NCBI GenBank assembly: GCA_002104945.1 | Contig: MCFH01000005.1 | Span: forward strand, 310,001-374,000 | DNA: 64,000 nucleotides | Origin: Piromyces finnis finn | Taxonomy: Eukaryota; Fungi; Neocallimastigomycota | Direction of reading: 5' to 3' | Program-made: the position numbers and the translations under genes | Shown: in pieces, positions 48,701-57,198 of the stretch | Numbering within the stretch: the first letter of the stretch is position 1 | How the letters are laid out: every line of letters begins with the position of its first letter | The notes under the pieces: generated by a model | What the model was told of the DNA's origin: nothing | Database searches by the model: none | What the model saw: the letters and a program-made list of their open reading frames with translations, nothing else

Positions 48701-51700
48701 GATTAAGAACAAATATTCCAGTTATATTAATGGGTGAAACAGGATGTGGCAAAACTTCATTAATTAGAATTATTGCAGAATTAAAAGATATTGAACTAAA
48801 TTCACTAAATATCCACGCAGGCATCGAGGATAAAGATATTATTCAGTTTATTCGAAATAAAAATTTATTTGAAAATAGAAATTTAAATACAAATGAAAAA
48901 ATAAATAAAAGAAGTAATAATAATATTTGGGTATTTTTAGATGAAATTAACACATGTAATTCATTAAGATTAATAACAGAAATCATGTTAAAACATTCTT
49001 GTAATGGAAATAAAATAAAAGATAATGTGAAATTTATAGCTGCATGTAATCCATACAGATTAAACACAAAAAATAATGAAGTAATTGGGTTATATGATGA
49101 ATCAAAGCACTCTGTTAGAAAATTGGTATATAGTGTTAATCCAATTCCTATCCCACTTCTCAATTTTGTTTTTGATTTTGGAACACCTAAAAAAGATGAC
49201 ATTAAAAGATATATTTCAAATATGGTTTTCCAGATTCTTCAAAGCTTAATTCCAAATAATAATATATTAATTGAAATTCAACGTATTGCTGAAAATGCTA
49301 TATTTGAAGCTCATAAATTTATTCAAAAAAATTATGAAATATCTTCAGTAAGTCTAAGAGAAATAAGAAGATGGGGAATTTTATATGAATGGTTTGTTCA
49401 GTTATTAAAAAATAATTTATACGTTAAAAATAAGTTAGAATATAATGATGAAAGTGTATATCTTTATTCCTTAAATTTAAGTATTTATCTTTGTTACTTT
49501 ATAAGAATTTTTAATAAAAAACAAAGAGAAAAATTTGTTCAATTAATGAAAAAAGCATTCGAAGAAAAAATTAATTTCGAAAGTTTTCCAAGGAAATTTC
49601 AAGAAATAATTGCAACAGCAGTTGAATTAGAAATAGGTATTGCTAAAAACAGAGCATTATTAGAAAATTTGTTTTCGATTTTTGTATGTTTGAACACTAA
49701 AATTCCTTTATTTATCATTGGAAAGCCAGGATGTAGTAAGTCATTAAGTGCCCAATTAATTTTTAAATCAATGAATGGTAAAAATTCAAGAAATGAGTTC
49801 TTTAAATCTTTTCCCAAAGTTTATACAAAATCATACCAAGGATCACTAACTAGTAATTCTAAAGGTGTCTTAAAAATATTTAAAAAAGCAAGAGATTCCC
49901 TAAAGGATAAAGAGTTAGCAAAAGAAATTATATCTGTAATTTATTTTGATGAAATGGGTCTTGCTGAGATTTCTAAAAATAACCCTTTAAAAGTAATTCA
50001 TTCTCAATTAGAATATGATGAAAATCAAGAAAAGGTATCATTCATCGGAATTTCTAATTGGCCTTTGGACGCGTCTAAAATGAATAGAGGTATTCATCTT
50101 TCAATTCCAGAACCAGATAAAAATGATTTAATTGAAACAGCACTATGTATAGCTAAATCCTATGATATAAGATTAATTCATGAATACAATCAGTATTTTG
50201 AATATTTAGCTCTAACCTATTTTGATTATAAAAAAGAATTAAATAAAAATTCATTTAAATTTGAATCAATTACTAACTTAGATTTTAATTCTAACCAAGC
50301 AAATAAGAAAGAATTTCATGGTACAAGAGATTTTTATCATTTAATTAAAACAGCATCCAAATTATTAGTCAAAAGCAATTTTACTAAAGATACTAATTAT
50401 ATTGAAAGCATTTTAAATGAAAGTATTGAAAGAAACTTCGGTGGATTGGATTTTTCAATTAGAATTTTCAAAAAATTATTTAAAAACTATGTTCCATTTA
50501 TTAATGAGATTAATGAATATGATGTCATTCAATGTATTAAAGATAATATTCAAGATACAAAAAGTAGGTATTTATTAATAGAAACAAAAAGTTCTATAAG
50601 CCATTTTCTAATAACATTAATATTAGATAAAATGAAAAAAGATCATGTATTTTATTATGGTAGTAACTTTGAAGAAGATACTTTAAATGGATATTATAGT
50701 GCTAAGGTATTAAACAAAGTTCAGGTAACGATGAGTCGTGATAATGTAATGATATTAAAGAATTTAACTAGTATGTATCCATCTTTATATGATTTATTTA
50801 ATCAGAATTTTAGAAAAGTAGGTGAAAGCAACTATGCTAGAATTGCTTTAGGAAATTCAAATACTCAAAATTACTTTGTTAATAATAACTTTAGATGTAT
50901 TGTTTTATTGGATAAAAGTGAAATTGATAATCAGGATCCTCCATTTATTAATAGATTTGAAAAACATATTATGTCATTTAAATTTTTATTGAATAAATAT
51001 CAAATTGAAATTGCGAAACAAGTTTTTGAATTAATTAATAAATTAGTTAAATATAAAAATATAAATATAAAAATTGACTTATATCATGAATTAATTAATT
51101 GTGATTTAGAAGAAATCCAAGGAATAATATATCAATATTCTATAAAATATAAAAAAGAAAAAAATATAGGTAATGCAAAAAATGGTATATCTAATATTGA
51201 AGAGAAAATTAATGAAAATAACTATATAAATAAATATGATTTTGAAACATACTCTGAAAATATTTTACAAAATATTGTTCCAACATTTTCACAGGACATC
51301 ATATTTTATGCCAAAAATTCAATTTTTGCTAAAAATCATAACAAAGAATTTCAAAATATTTTATATATATATCTTAAAAATAATTGTAGAAACATTAAAA
51401 CATATTTAAAAAATATTGATTCCCCTAAACATATTATTTATACATTCTCAAACATTTTGGATTCCATCTTTGAAACAAGCGAAAGTAAAATATTTAATAA
51501 AATATATGGTGTATTTAATATTAAATCAACTAGAAATATTTTTATAAAGGAATATAACTCTGAACGTGCTATTGACGATTTAATAATTGATTTTTATTCC
51601 AATAATAACAATAATTTATGTATATTTCATTTTGATTCTAAAGATATTATTCATTTAAATCACATTAATAATTTAATTATAAATAATAAATATAACATTA

Positions 51701-54700
51701 AAGATTCGAAAAATATTAATATGAAAGTAATTATTTTTATTATTCATTTAAAAAGAACTCAAAATAACAATAAAAATGAAAATATTAGAAATGAGTATTT
51801 CATATCTCATTTAACTGAATGGAAACAACTTTTTATTGATAATTTAAATGGTATGGATATAGATTTCAATGAAATATTTGAATCTTCTACAATTGAGTTA
51901 ATTAATAATAATAAGTTAATAAATTTGGATGACGAATTTGAAAAAGACTTATTCCATGCATTTACCTTGATAAAATATAATTTCAAAATCAATTTCAGCA
52001 ATATTAAAAATACCCAATATATAGAAAAAGTTTGTGAATTCATTAATAAAAATCAAAATCTAAAGATTTCTATTCAAAATGTTATCCTAAAAAAAATAAA
52101 AAGTATTAAAGAAAATATAATTATGAAAATATTTTCTGAATATAACTTTGATGATGATGATGTTGATTTTATTTCTATAATTATAAAATACTTAAAAACA
52201 ATTTACAGTGAAGCACTAATTAGCACTTTAATTCAATTCGAAAATCATAACATTTTATCAACGAAAATGACTGAAAAACGGGTGATGAAAAACGAATTCT
52301 TTAACAAAATTTATGAGAACTTCATTGAAAACTTTGATATTAAATTTGAAAAATATTCTGTTTTTTCTCATGTAGTTAATGTTAATTTAATTTTGGGTGT
52401 TTCATATCCATGTATTATTTCTGTATTTAAAATTATAAATAATTATACAAATTCTTTAATAAGCAAATATTTAGAAAATGAAAATAAGTACAGATTCCAA
52501 CAAATTAATGAACTAAATGAGTATTTCACTGAAAAAACTAATCTTGAATGTAACTTGAAAATTGAATTTGAAAGGCAATACATAGAAAAAATCTTCGATA
52601 ATAATGCCAATGAAGATCTTGATATTGATAAATTAACAGAACTTTTATTTAAAGATTATAATATTTATTATTTATCCAAGTCAAACAAATGTTTTTCTAA
52701 CAAAAGAATTTTAAAATTTTTTAAATCTTTATACAATTTACTTTTATCAAGAGATGGTAATGAAGAGAATAATACTAAAAATTTGACATTTGAAAACATA
52801 GTAAAATATATCTTATTTATTGAATCCTATAAAGAATATATTTATCCACTTTGTGAATTTTTATGTACGATGGATTACTATATTAAAGACTTTATTAATA
52901 TATTTATTTCAAAAATTCTATCAAATAATTTTAAAATGCTAAATAGAAACATTTCTTATGTTAATGATATTTTTTATAATTTGTTTGAATCAGTTGTTTA
53001 TTGTATTCTTTCAACAAAAAATCTCAAATACATGAGCAATAATTATTTTGATATAATATTAAATAATATTAATATTTTTTCCCATAGTTTAATGAAAGTA
53101 AATATTGAACTACGTTTAACATTAAAACAAATTTTATATTTACAAGATTTTCTAAATGTTTATGAAGAATTTTGTAAAAATGGTATTCCATTAAAAGAAA
53201 ATTTGAATATATATCTTAAATTATTACAGAAAGAAAATGAAGCTTATTTATTAACTATAAATAATAATGCTAAAAGTATTATAAGTTCAACAAAAGAAGA
53301 AATTGATAAAGAATTTGATTTTTTAAAACAAAAACTATCAAAAAGTAAAGGATATTCTGATTTAATTGTAAGATTATTAAATAATAAAATAAAAATGTCA
53401 AAAGATGAAGAATATAGAGTAAAATTATTAAATATTCTCTGCTCTAATAATTCTTTTATCTTTAAATCAAAAATTATTTTTGAAACTATCTTAAGAAAAT
53501 ATGATATAATACCTATAAATTATTACCAAGAAAATGAAGATAGCTCATCCGAGGATGAAAGAAACAATATCCATAAAAATAATTATTATTCGGAAAATGA
53601 ATTTACATATGAAGAATCTGATTATGAAGAAAGTTGTAGTGAAAACTCTGAAGAAAGTGATGAATATATAAATAACGATGAAACTATTTATAATGAAGAG
53701 AATAGTTATAAAGATACTGACGAAAGTGATAATTATTCAATTGATGATGATGAAAGTGATGAATATAGTGACTATGAAGATAGTGAAGATGAAAATTATA
53801 ATGCAATTGGTCTTAGATTTTTATCTCAATTAAAAAAAGATAAAGGAAATGTAATTATTTTATTCTTAAATAAAACCAATAATGAATGCTTAGATGAGAT
53901 TTTATTGTTGTTATTTGATGGAAAAATTTCAAAATATTTTGATAAAAAGTCTGACACAAAAAACATGATATTAAACCAATCATTCTATATATTTCAAAAA
54001 TGTATTAATTTCATAGAAGAAGATAATTTTAAAGTTACAAAAACAAATAAGTTAGGAATTTTATATTGTATTTCATATATAAAATATTATTGTTTTCATG
54101 TTTGTAGAATAATGTATAATGAGAATGAAAATAATGAAATTTCAAAAACAGAAATTTTTGACTTTTTAAATAAGCCAAGTGAATTTAGAAAAATAATTAA
54201 AATATATATTCTTAAAGTATTGAATTTAATAGTAATTAAAAATTATAGCCGCTTTATTAATTTTATTAAAATAAAAAAATTATTTATTAATGACTTTGAT
54301 TTTAATGAGAAGATTCCATGTACTCTAAATTATTTATTCATTCACAACAAAACATTTGATAAATATAAAGAGTTAAGAAATGCTTTCACACTTAATAAAT
54401 TTGAAAAGTTCAAATCAAATAATAGTATACTTAAGGTAACTGAAGAAAATATGTTAGATTTCTATAATCTATTAATTAATGAAATAGTCTCAAATTTATT
54501 GGTGTCATATAATAAAGAGGATTATGCAATATTAAGCAATTATATAAATGAAATAATTAGTAAATTAAAGATATCACCAATTTCGTCAAGGATTTTATCA
54601 TTATATTTTGATATAAATTTCTTATCCAATCATTTACCTTCAATTCAAAAACTCACACCAGAACATTTTGAAGTATTATTATATTCACATAAATGGGCTT

Positions 54701-57198
54701 TTATATGCTCTCTTTCAAAGAAGAACTCTGTTTACTCTAAAATTTTATCACCGACAGTAAAGATGGACATAAATAATATATACATTCCAGGAGGAGAACC
54801 AAATAATTGTTTATTGATTGAATCTTATGATCAAATTGAAAAATTTATTAATTCTGGAAGATCTGGTGCAATTTATATGTGTAGCTGTTACTCATGGTAT
54901 ACAATTGGAGAATGTGGAAGACCAATGGAAAAAAAAATATGTAGAAAATGTGGAAATGAAATCGGGGGTATAGATCATCGTTTAATTGATAGACAAGGTC
55001 ATGTGAGAATTTTTATTAATGATAATGAAAGAATACAAAATAATGATGGTACCAGATTTAAAATGCTACGCGATTTAAAAATAGAAGCCAATAATAAAAG
55101 AAATATTCAAGTGAAAGGATTTAAAAAAGTGGATAAATCATTTTTTTTGGACAAAAACAAAATTGTAAGAAATATTAGTAATATAACTTATAGAGTTTTA
55201 AGTTTTATATTTTATTCTTGTATACTTTATAATGAAAAATTAGAACATTTAACAAAAAATGATATGAAGCAATTTTATTTATCTGATAATAATCAATCTA
55301 TTCTTTCTATCTTAACTGATATATGGAAAATATTAATAGAGGAATTATCAAATAAAGGAATTGATAATATTCAGTGCTTCATAAATATGATAATTCCTGA
55401 TATTTCTCAAATTATATCTGAAAATAATAGCGGAATGGAAATTTCAAAAGATAGAGATAACTTTGAACAAAAATGTAATCAAATTATTGATTTAGCAATT
55501 AATAATTATAGATATTATCAAAAAGACTACATGACAAATAATAAAACAATTCTTGAAATTGAAGATGATACTATTAAATCTATATTACAAGAAACATCTA
55601 ACATAAATAATTTACCATCAGAAACTTATCCATTAATTAAATATTTTAATGCAGCGGATTATCCAAATTATGAAAAATTTTTTGAACAATTTAATTCAAT
55701 TAACAATTGCGTTAGTCAATACCCAGTTATTACTAATTATATTAATGCAACACAAGAAGAAGAAAAATTCCAATTTTTGGAAAATTTCCATCTTATTAAT
55801 CCATTTGTAAACTATTTATTAAGTAAGTATAATAATAAAATATCAAGAAAAAAAGCAAAAGAAAAAAAATTATATGAAGCCTTTGAAGATAATGAAAATA
55901 ATAACGAAATGAAAAAATTATATAAACATTTCAAAAAAGGGTGGAGAAATATATATAATAAATTATCAAATTATGATTGTAATGGTCAATTACCCCCAAA
56001 AAATCTTTCAAAAAAGGATTGTTTAGCCTTCTTTTTAAATGATAAATTTGAAAATAATTATGGGAAATATATTGCTACTGCTTATAAAGATTTTATTACT
56101 TATCAAAATGAATTTTTAAAACCTTTAATTAAAGACAACTCTAATAATGAATATTTATATGCATATTCAAATCAAATTAAAAAAGAAGTTGTTATACAGA
56201 GAGCAAACAAGAAAGAAGTTGTTTCTTTACATATTGAAAATGATCTTTTTGATTCATTTGAAGATATAATTTATTCTTTCTCCTATCGTAATTATAACTT
56301 TAATGATAAAAGCATAAACTATTTAAATTATAAAGAAATTAAATTTGATTTTAATTCAATAGAAATGGAGCTTACAAAAATTTTATTACCTGAAAAAAGA
56401 TTATTCTTAAATGAAGATAATCAAGATTTTATTACATATGCTTTTGAAGGATTTAATCAAAATGAAAGTATTATTTTAGACTACAAAGAAAAAATTCAAA
56501 AAGTCAAAACACTAACTAATGAAGAAAAAGTAAACATTGCTAAACATATTAAAAAAATAGATTATAATGTGATTCTATTTAATTTACAATCCTTATTACT
56601 TTATATGACAAATGCTAAGAATATAACAGGAAATGAAAAATTAGTGGATGAAATTAAAAAATTACCAAATAAGGTTATAAAACTAGATTATGAATTTATA
56701 AAGTTTTTTGAGGATTTTCAATTTGAAATAACACTAAATCAATTGATAGATTGTTACGAATACATCGAACTTTTAAATTATAGTAAAATATTAAAAAACG
56801 TATCACAAAAAGTCAAAATTATTAGTTTAGATAAAGAACAAAAGGAAAAATTACAAATACATTTTGGAAAAAAAGATCTTTTAATTTCCAAAAAAGACCT
56901 TGGACACGCAGTTAGAAAATTTATATCAAGATATTTAGTTAGCGATAGATTTAAAAATTTCGACTGGAATATATTTGTTCTACTAAAGTTCAAAAGTGAA
57001 CTATGGAGTGAACACATTGTTTCTGAAGAAAATGAAAGAATATTTGATAATGAAATTGAACAATTAGAAAGTTTTGATATTAGAATAGAGCAATCTGTAG
57101 ATTTTTATGAAAATCTAAGAGATGATAAAGTTGAAAAAGTAATTAAGACCCAAAAATTCAAAAAAGAAAAGAGTAAATTTGCTGATTTGAACTATTAA
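42757..57198 (+). CDS. RNF213: RNF213/mysterin-like giant AAA+ ATPase / RZ-finger E3 ligase (4813 aa, intronless)
   Basis: P-loops SSEFSGLGKST (47464), GETGCGKT (48733) with Walker B FLDEIN (48934) and FIAACNPYR, and GKPGCSKS (49720) with FDEMGLAE (49945) and ISNWPLDASKMNRG. RZ finger YMCSCYSWYTIGECGRPMEKKICRKCGNEIGGIDH at 54874-54978. Motif order is as in RNF213. Confidence 0.9.
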   Translation: MSNLLDLKKNNENNNISNENNNFKDIHKDKNEKQLLKEKENYDKRKNINMENIDTDVEENNINNNTNDNYSSSQRIISKNITNNKKNHSQATHIFFIISISEDTLLKNNSIEILGCSKNDKEIKILKKELIDIKVNNNINFIDIKNYEKGFDEKNIYIVKFELDSNNDDEKICFKILINNTEFNKMEYSIQKYEQLFIYNDLNMNHLLKKDKYKISLQQKFYIFERYISNNKINFLVPSLLKDTLNPLINLEKIDIEFILYYLFILIDYQKVYSEMPEISKELFYTVIINIKKKKELFINFPLKHEYNEIIKIIENYSFDYDEEFFYSLYLFFLLCYQNNHEKFISYFKKISHKKETIQYIKKHKKSFSMLQASHLQSIFNISNNNISFNDLISIIPNYNEYLKFICLNCDYILSNKPEIFEYPPPDDNIEIDLLVNFIEIILNMKLNKKNTIIFQSQLTSLINKLNMKNYNKLFILREIIMKYKNNDIFKKPLNELNKAIHITGKHFIKNKKLENLEIIIFIHKDAEVFYKEYENNYEYACLISYIDINKIDDKFCNEFIGNNYDYKKLFKKQYPIFLSSITQRVEYFEQLKTLYKIFNIDNNPSSIKEIISHLIETLNSNSLKVKNLNIFNLSEIIFPLYKLVSDNNNYKVDSLIKATKRKFSDKEINDIFIIFLNNFIDQLNKDMIKKLIINTNNSNSDDIIINLNQIENIEIKKKFLQRLDKKVLKENEIFRKEISDNMKLLHELINMKYFDYENNNYNIHFKDIHYIKSTTEIMKCLYEKLFQFDFSLDEMKILNQLINEGKLMNRIHLVTLGKESLMNILYNKLNNKINEYIDIYNKVNEIIDVYSYYFKNNKANLIEYYKEFRERFIHMKVNEFPQIKEIKNFNESYTEVHQITIYKSSKFFIEIFQNLSSKANNDFEEVNDNILINKTKEEFLKLKNLFDEKTENRVDLSLLEDIVININNNDMENQIVNLSYILDVKEIPNNLCKKITLLNNRKNNIITLNNIVLLLYDFKIYINKTENHISNLISILQKKETLNDLIDVELSLQKLNINISNSDKYFVVKTVINKMYIKPELISFLINKKINDIHSMGEFIDDSENEFLSLSDIDQLETCAAFIHELKKKSTSLNEKTFLDAFLKLVENENYKEIDIKFENSSNKYHDFCELFTSHLNPNELNKKHIKEIYQKSLFILKPNECIIEYVNNRKKITKYFEEILDLRDVALLRKKDQKESNYFKICETFAEIISDIQEILKLINIITLKGYYKEIKFTIRIADGKSYECQNSKNEMELKNIINYLNEIKKVQNEEVKNIYLLNDIVRLIYGRQFSYIYQYLITNNNKELNKPMNNNILNNILKYATNNKNTNYNDNYNNNNMKNINKENTQILLKEMYTTVGTYLNELYKINNIDLKSIYNKSIIVNGSKKGIFSYSSQLENIERNAIYCSLNLTGNFPIAQTVLLCNCNTTEEEITSFTYRSIKCKYNTLFLIIKPENLSLEKKHLLIELLKEIYSPNPKCINSCIIFIYNNKNKTNEIITEIEKLPYHKYFDLKIENNNERKYPNIEIYSSEFSGLGKSTLIKSNFKKEDNNNEYDYHYFPLGGDINENEIFEKVLPFTDKKIALHLDLYDTEQIELINEFLFSFLILRCYSKNETVFYYGNNIRIKVEIPNSFIDFKKIFPIFGFFKNIHLASDKMLPLNVPNNIYSNVQIVSNYLKYINQINTSDIFIEEISKIDRINSINAVPLSQTECQRLIFENLNINKPNYYQIESFMKILSEQFILLSNSIYLNANHINSLSQIKKNLNNVRYFFVNSLLSMTKHFITSSYDNILKSQNITYSHQKGEIDIIEANERAIEILTEKEPFSIDNIKPSMIIINEDFQSISEIVTCEEDTDEYRLLKAIYNSDSHEEKRNVLDYKNLKSEEFLVEVKKVLNINNPINELDKNSPKILGGKQLRYLNDITKSYVFTADNFIKLIIISLRLRTNIPVILMGETGCGKTSLIRIIAELKDIELNSLNIHAGIEDKDIIQFIRNKNLFENRNLNTNEKINKRSNNNIWVFLDEINTCNSLRLITEIMLKHSCNGNKIKDNVKFIAACNPYRLNTKNNEVIGLYDESKHSVRKLVYSVNPIPIPLLNFVFDFGTPKKDDIKRYISNMVFQILQSLIPNNNILIEIQRIAENAIFEAHKFIQKNYEISSVSLREIRRWGILYEWFVQLLKNNLYVKNKLEYNDESVYLYSLNLSIYLCYFIRIFNKKQREKFVQLMKKAFEEKINFESFPRKFQEIIATAVELEIGIAKNRALLENLFSIFVCLNTKIPLFIIGKPGCSKSLSAQLIFKSMNGKNSRNEFFKSFPKVYTKSYQGSLTSNSKGVLKIFKKARDSLKDKELAKEIISVIYFDEMGLAEISKNNPLKVIHSQLEYDENQEKVSFIGISNWPLDASKMNRGIHLSIPEPDKNDLIETALCIAKSYDIRLIHEYNQYFEYLALTYFDYKKELNKNSFKFESITNLDFNSNQANKKEFHGTRDFYHLIKTASKLLVKSNFTKDTNYIESILNESIERNFGGLDFSIRIFKKLFKNYVPFINEINEYDVIQCIKDNIQDTKSRYLLIETKSSISHFLITLILDKMKKDHVFYYGSNFEEDTLNGYYSAKVLNKVQVTMSRDNVMILKNLTSMYPSLYDLFNQNFRKVGESNYARIALGNSNTQNYFVNNNFRCIVLLDKSEIDNQDPPFINRFEKHIMSFKFLLNKYQIEIAKQVFELINKLVKYKNINIKIDLYHELINCDLEEIQGIIYQYSIKYKKEKNIGNAKNGISNIEEKINENNYINKYDFETYSENILQNIVPTFSQDIIFYAKNSIFAKNHNKEFQNILYIYLKNNCRNIKTYLKNIDSPKHIIYTFSNILDSIFETSESKIFNKIYGVFNIKSTRNIFIKEYNSERAIDDLIIDFYSNNNNNLCIFHFDSKDIIHLNHINNLIINNKYNIKDSKNINMKVIIFIIHLKRTQNNNKNENIRNEYFISHLTEWKQLFIDNLNGMDIDFNEIFESSTIELINNNKLINLDDEFEKDLFHAFTLIKYNFKINFSNIKNTQYIEKVCEFINKNQNLKISIQNVILKKIKSIKENIIMKIFSEYNFDDDDVDFISIIIKYLKTIYSEALISTLIQFENHNILSTKMTEKRVMKNEFFNKIYENFIENFDIKFEKYSVFSHVVNVNLILGVSYPCIISVFKIINNYTNSLISKYLENENKYRFQQINELNEYFTEKTNLECNLKIEFERQYIEKIFDNNANEDLDIDKLTELLFKDYNIYYLSKSNKCFSNKRILKFFKSLYNLLLSRDGNEENNTKNLTFENIVKYILFIESYKEYIYPLCEFLCTMDYYIKDFINIFISKILSNNFKMLNRNISYVNDIFYNLFESVVYCILSTKNLKYMSNNYFDIILNNINIFSHSLMKVNIELRLTLKQILYLQDFLNVYEEFCKNGIPLKENLNIYLKLLQKENEAYLLTINNNAKSIISSTKEEIDKEFDFLKQKLSKSKGYSDLIVRLLNNKIKMSKDEEYRVKLLNILCSNNSFIFKSKIIFETILRKYDIIPINYYQENEDSSSEDERNNIHKNNYYSENEFTYEESDYEESCSENSEESDEYINNDETIYNEENSYKDTDESDNYSIDDDESDEYSDYEDSEDENYNAIGLRFLSQLKKDKGNVIILFLNKTNNECLDEILLLLFDGKISKYFDKKSDTKNMILNQSFYIFQKCINFIEEDNFKVTKTNKLGILYCISYIKYYCFHVCRIMYNENENNEISKTEIFDFLNKPSEFRKIIKIYILKVLNLIVIKNYSRFINFIKIKKLFINDFDFNEKIPCTLNYLFIHNKTFDKYKELRNAFTLNKFEKFKSNNSILKVTEENMLDFYNLLINEIVSNLLVSYNKEDYAILSNYINEIISKLKISPISSRILSLYFDINFLSNHLPSIQKLTPEHFEVLLYSHKWAFICSLSKKNSVYSKILSPTVKMDINNIYIPGGEPNNCLLIESYDQIEKFINSGRSGAIYMCSCYSWYTIGECGRPMEKKICRKCGNEIGGIDHRLIDRQGHVRIFINDNERIQNNDGTRFKMLRDLKIEANNKRNIQVKGFKKVDKSFFLDKNKIVRNISNITYRVLSFIFYSCILYNEKLEHLTKNDMKQFYLSDNNQSILSILTDIWKILIEELSNKGIDNIQCFINMIIPDISQIISENNSGMEISKDRDNFEQKCNQIIDLAINNYRYYQKDYMTNNKTILEIEDDTIKSILQETSNINNLPSETYPLIKYFNAADYPNYEKFFEQFNSINNCVSQYPVITNYINATQEEEKFQFLENFHLINPFVNYLLSKYNNKISRKKAKEKKLYEAFEDNENNNEMKKLYKHFKKGWRNIYNKLSNYDCNGQLPPKNLSKKDCLAFFLNDKFENNYGKYIATAYKDFITYQNEFLKPLIKDNSNNEYLYAYSNQIKKEVVIQRANKKEVVSLHIENDLFDSFEDIIYSFSYRNYNFNDKSINYLNYKEIKFDFNSIEMELTKILLPEKRLFLNEDNQDFITYAFEGFNQNESIILDYKEKIQKVKTLTNEEKVNIAKHIKKIDYNVILFNLQSLLLYMTNAKNITGNEKLVDEIKKLPNKVIKLDYEFIKFFEDFQFEITLNQLIDCYEYIELLNYSKILKNVSQKVKIISLDKEQKEKLQIHFGKKDLLISKKDLGHAVRKFISRYLVSDRFKNFDWNIFVLLKFKSELWSEHIVSEENERIFDNEIEQLESFDIRIEQSVDFYENLRDDKVEKVIKTQKFKKEKSKFADLNY

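Noticed and set aside
43697-57017. Small ORFs within the RNF213-like gene
   Set aside because: They are off-frame or antisense by-products of biased composition.
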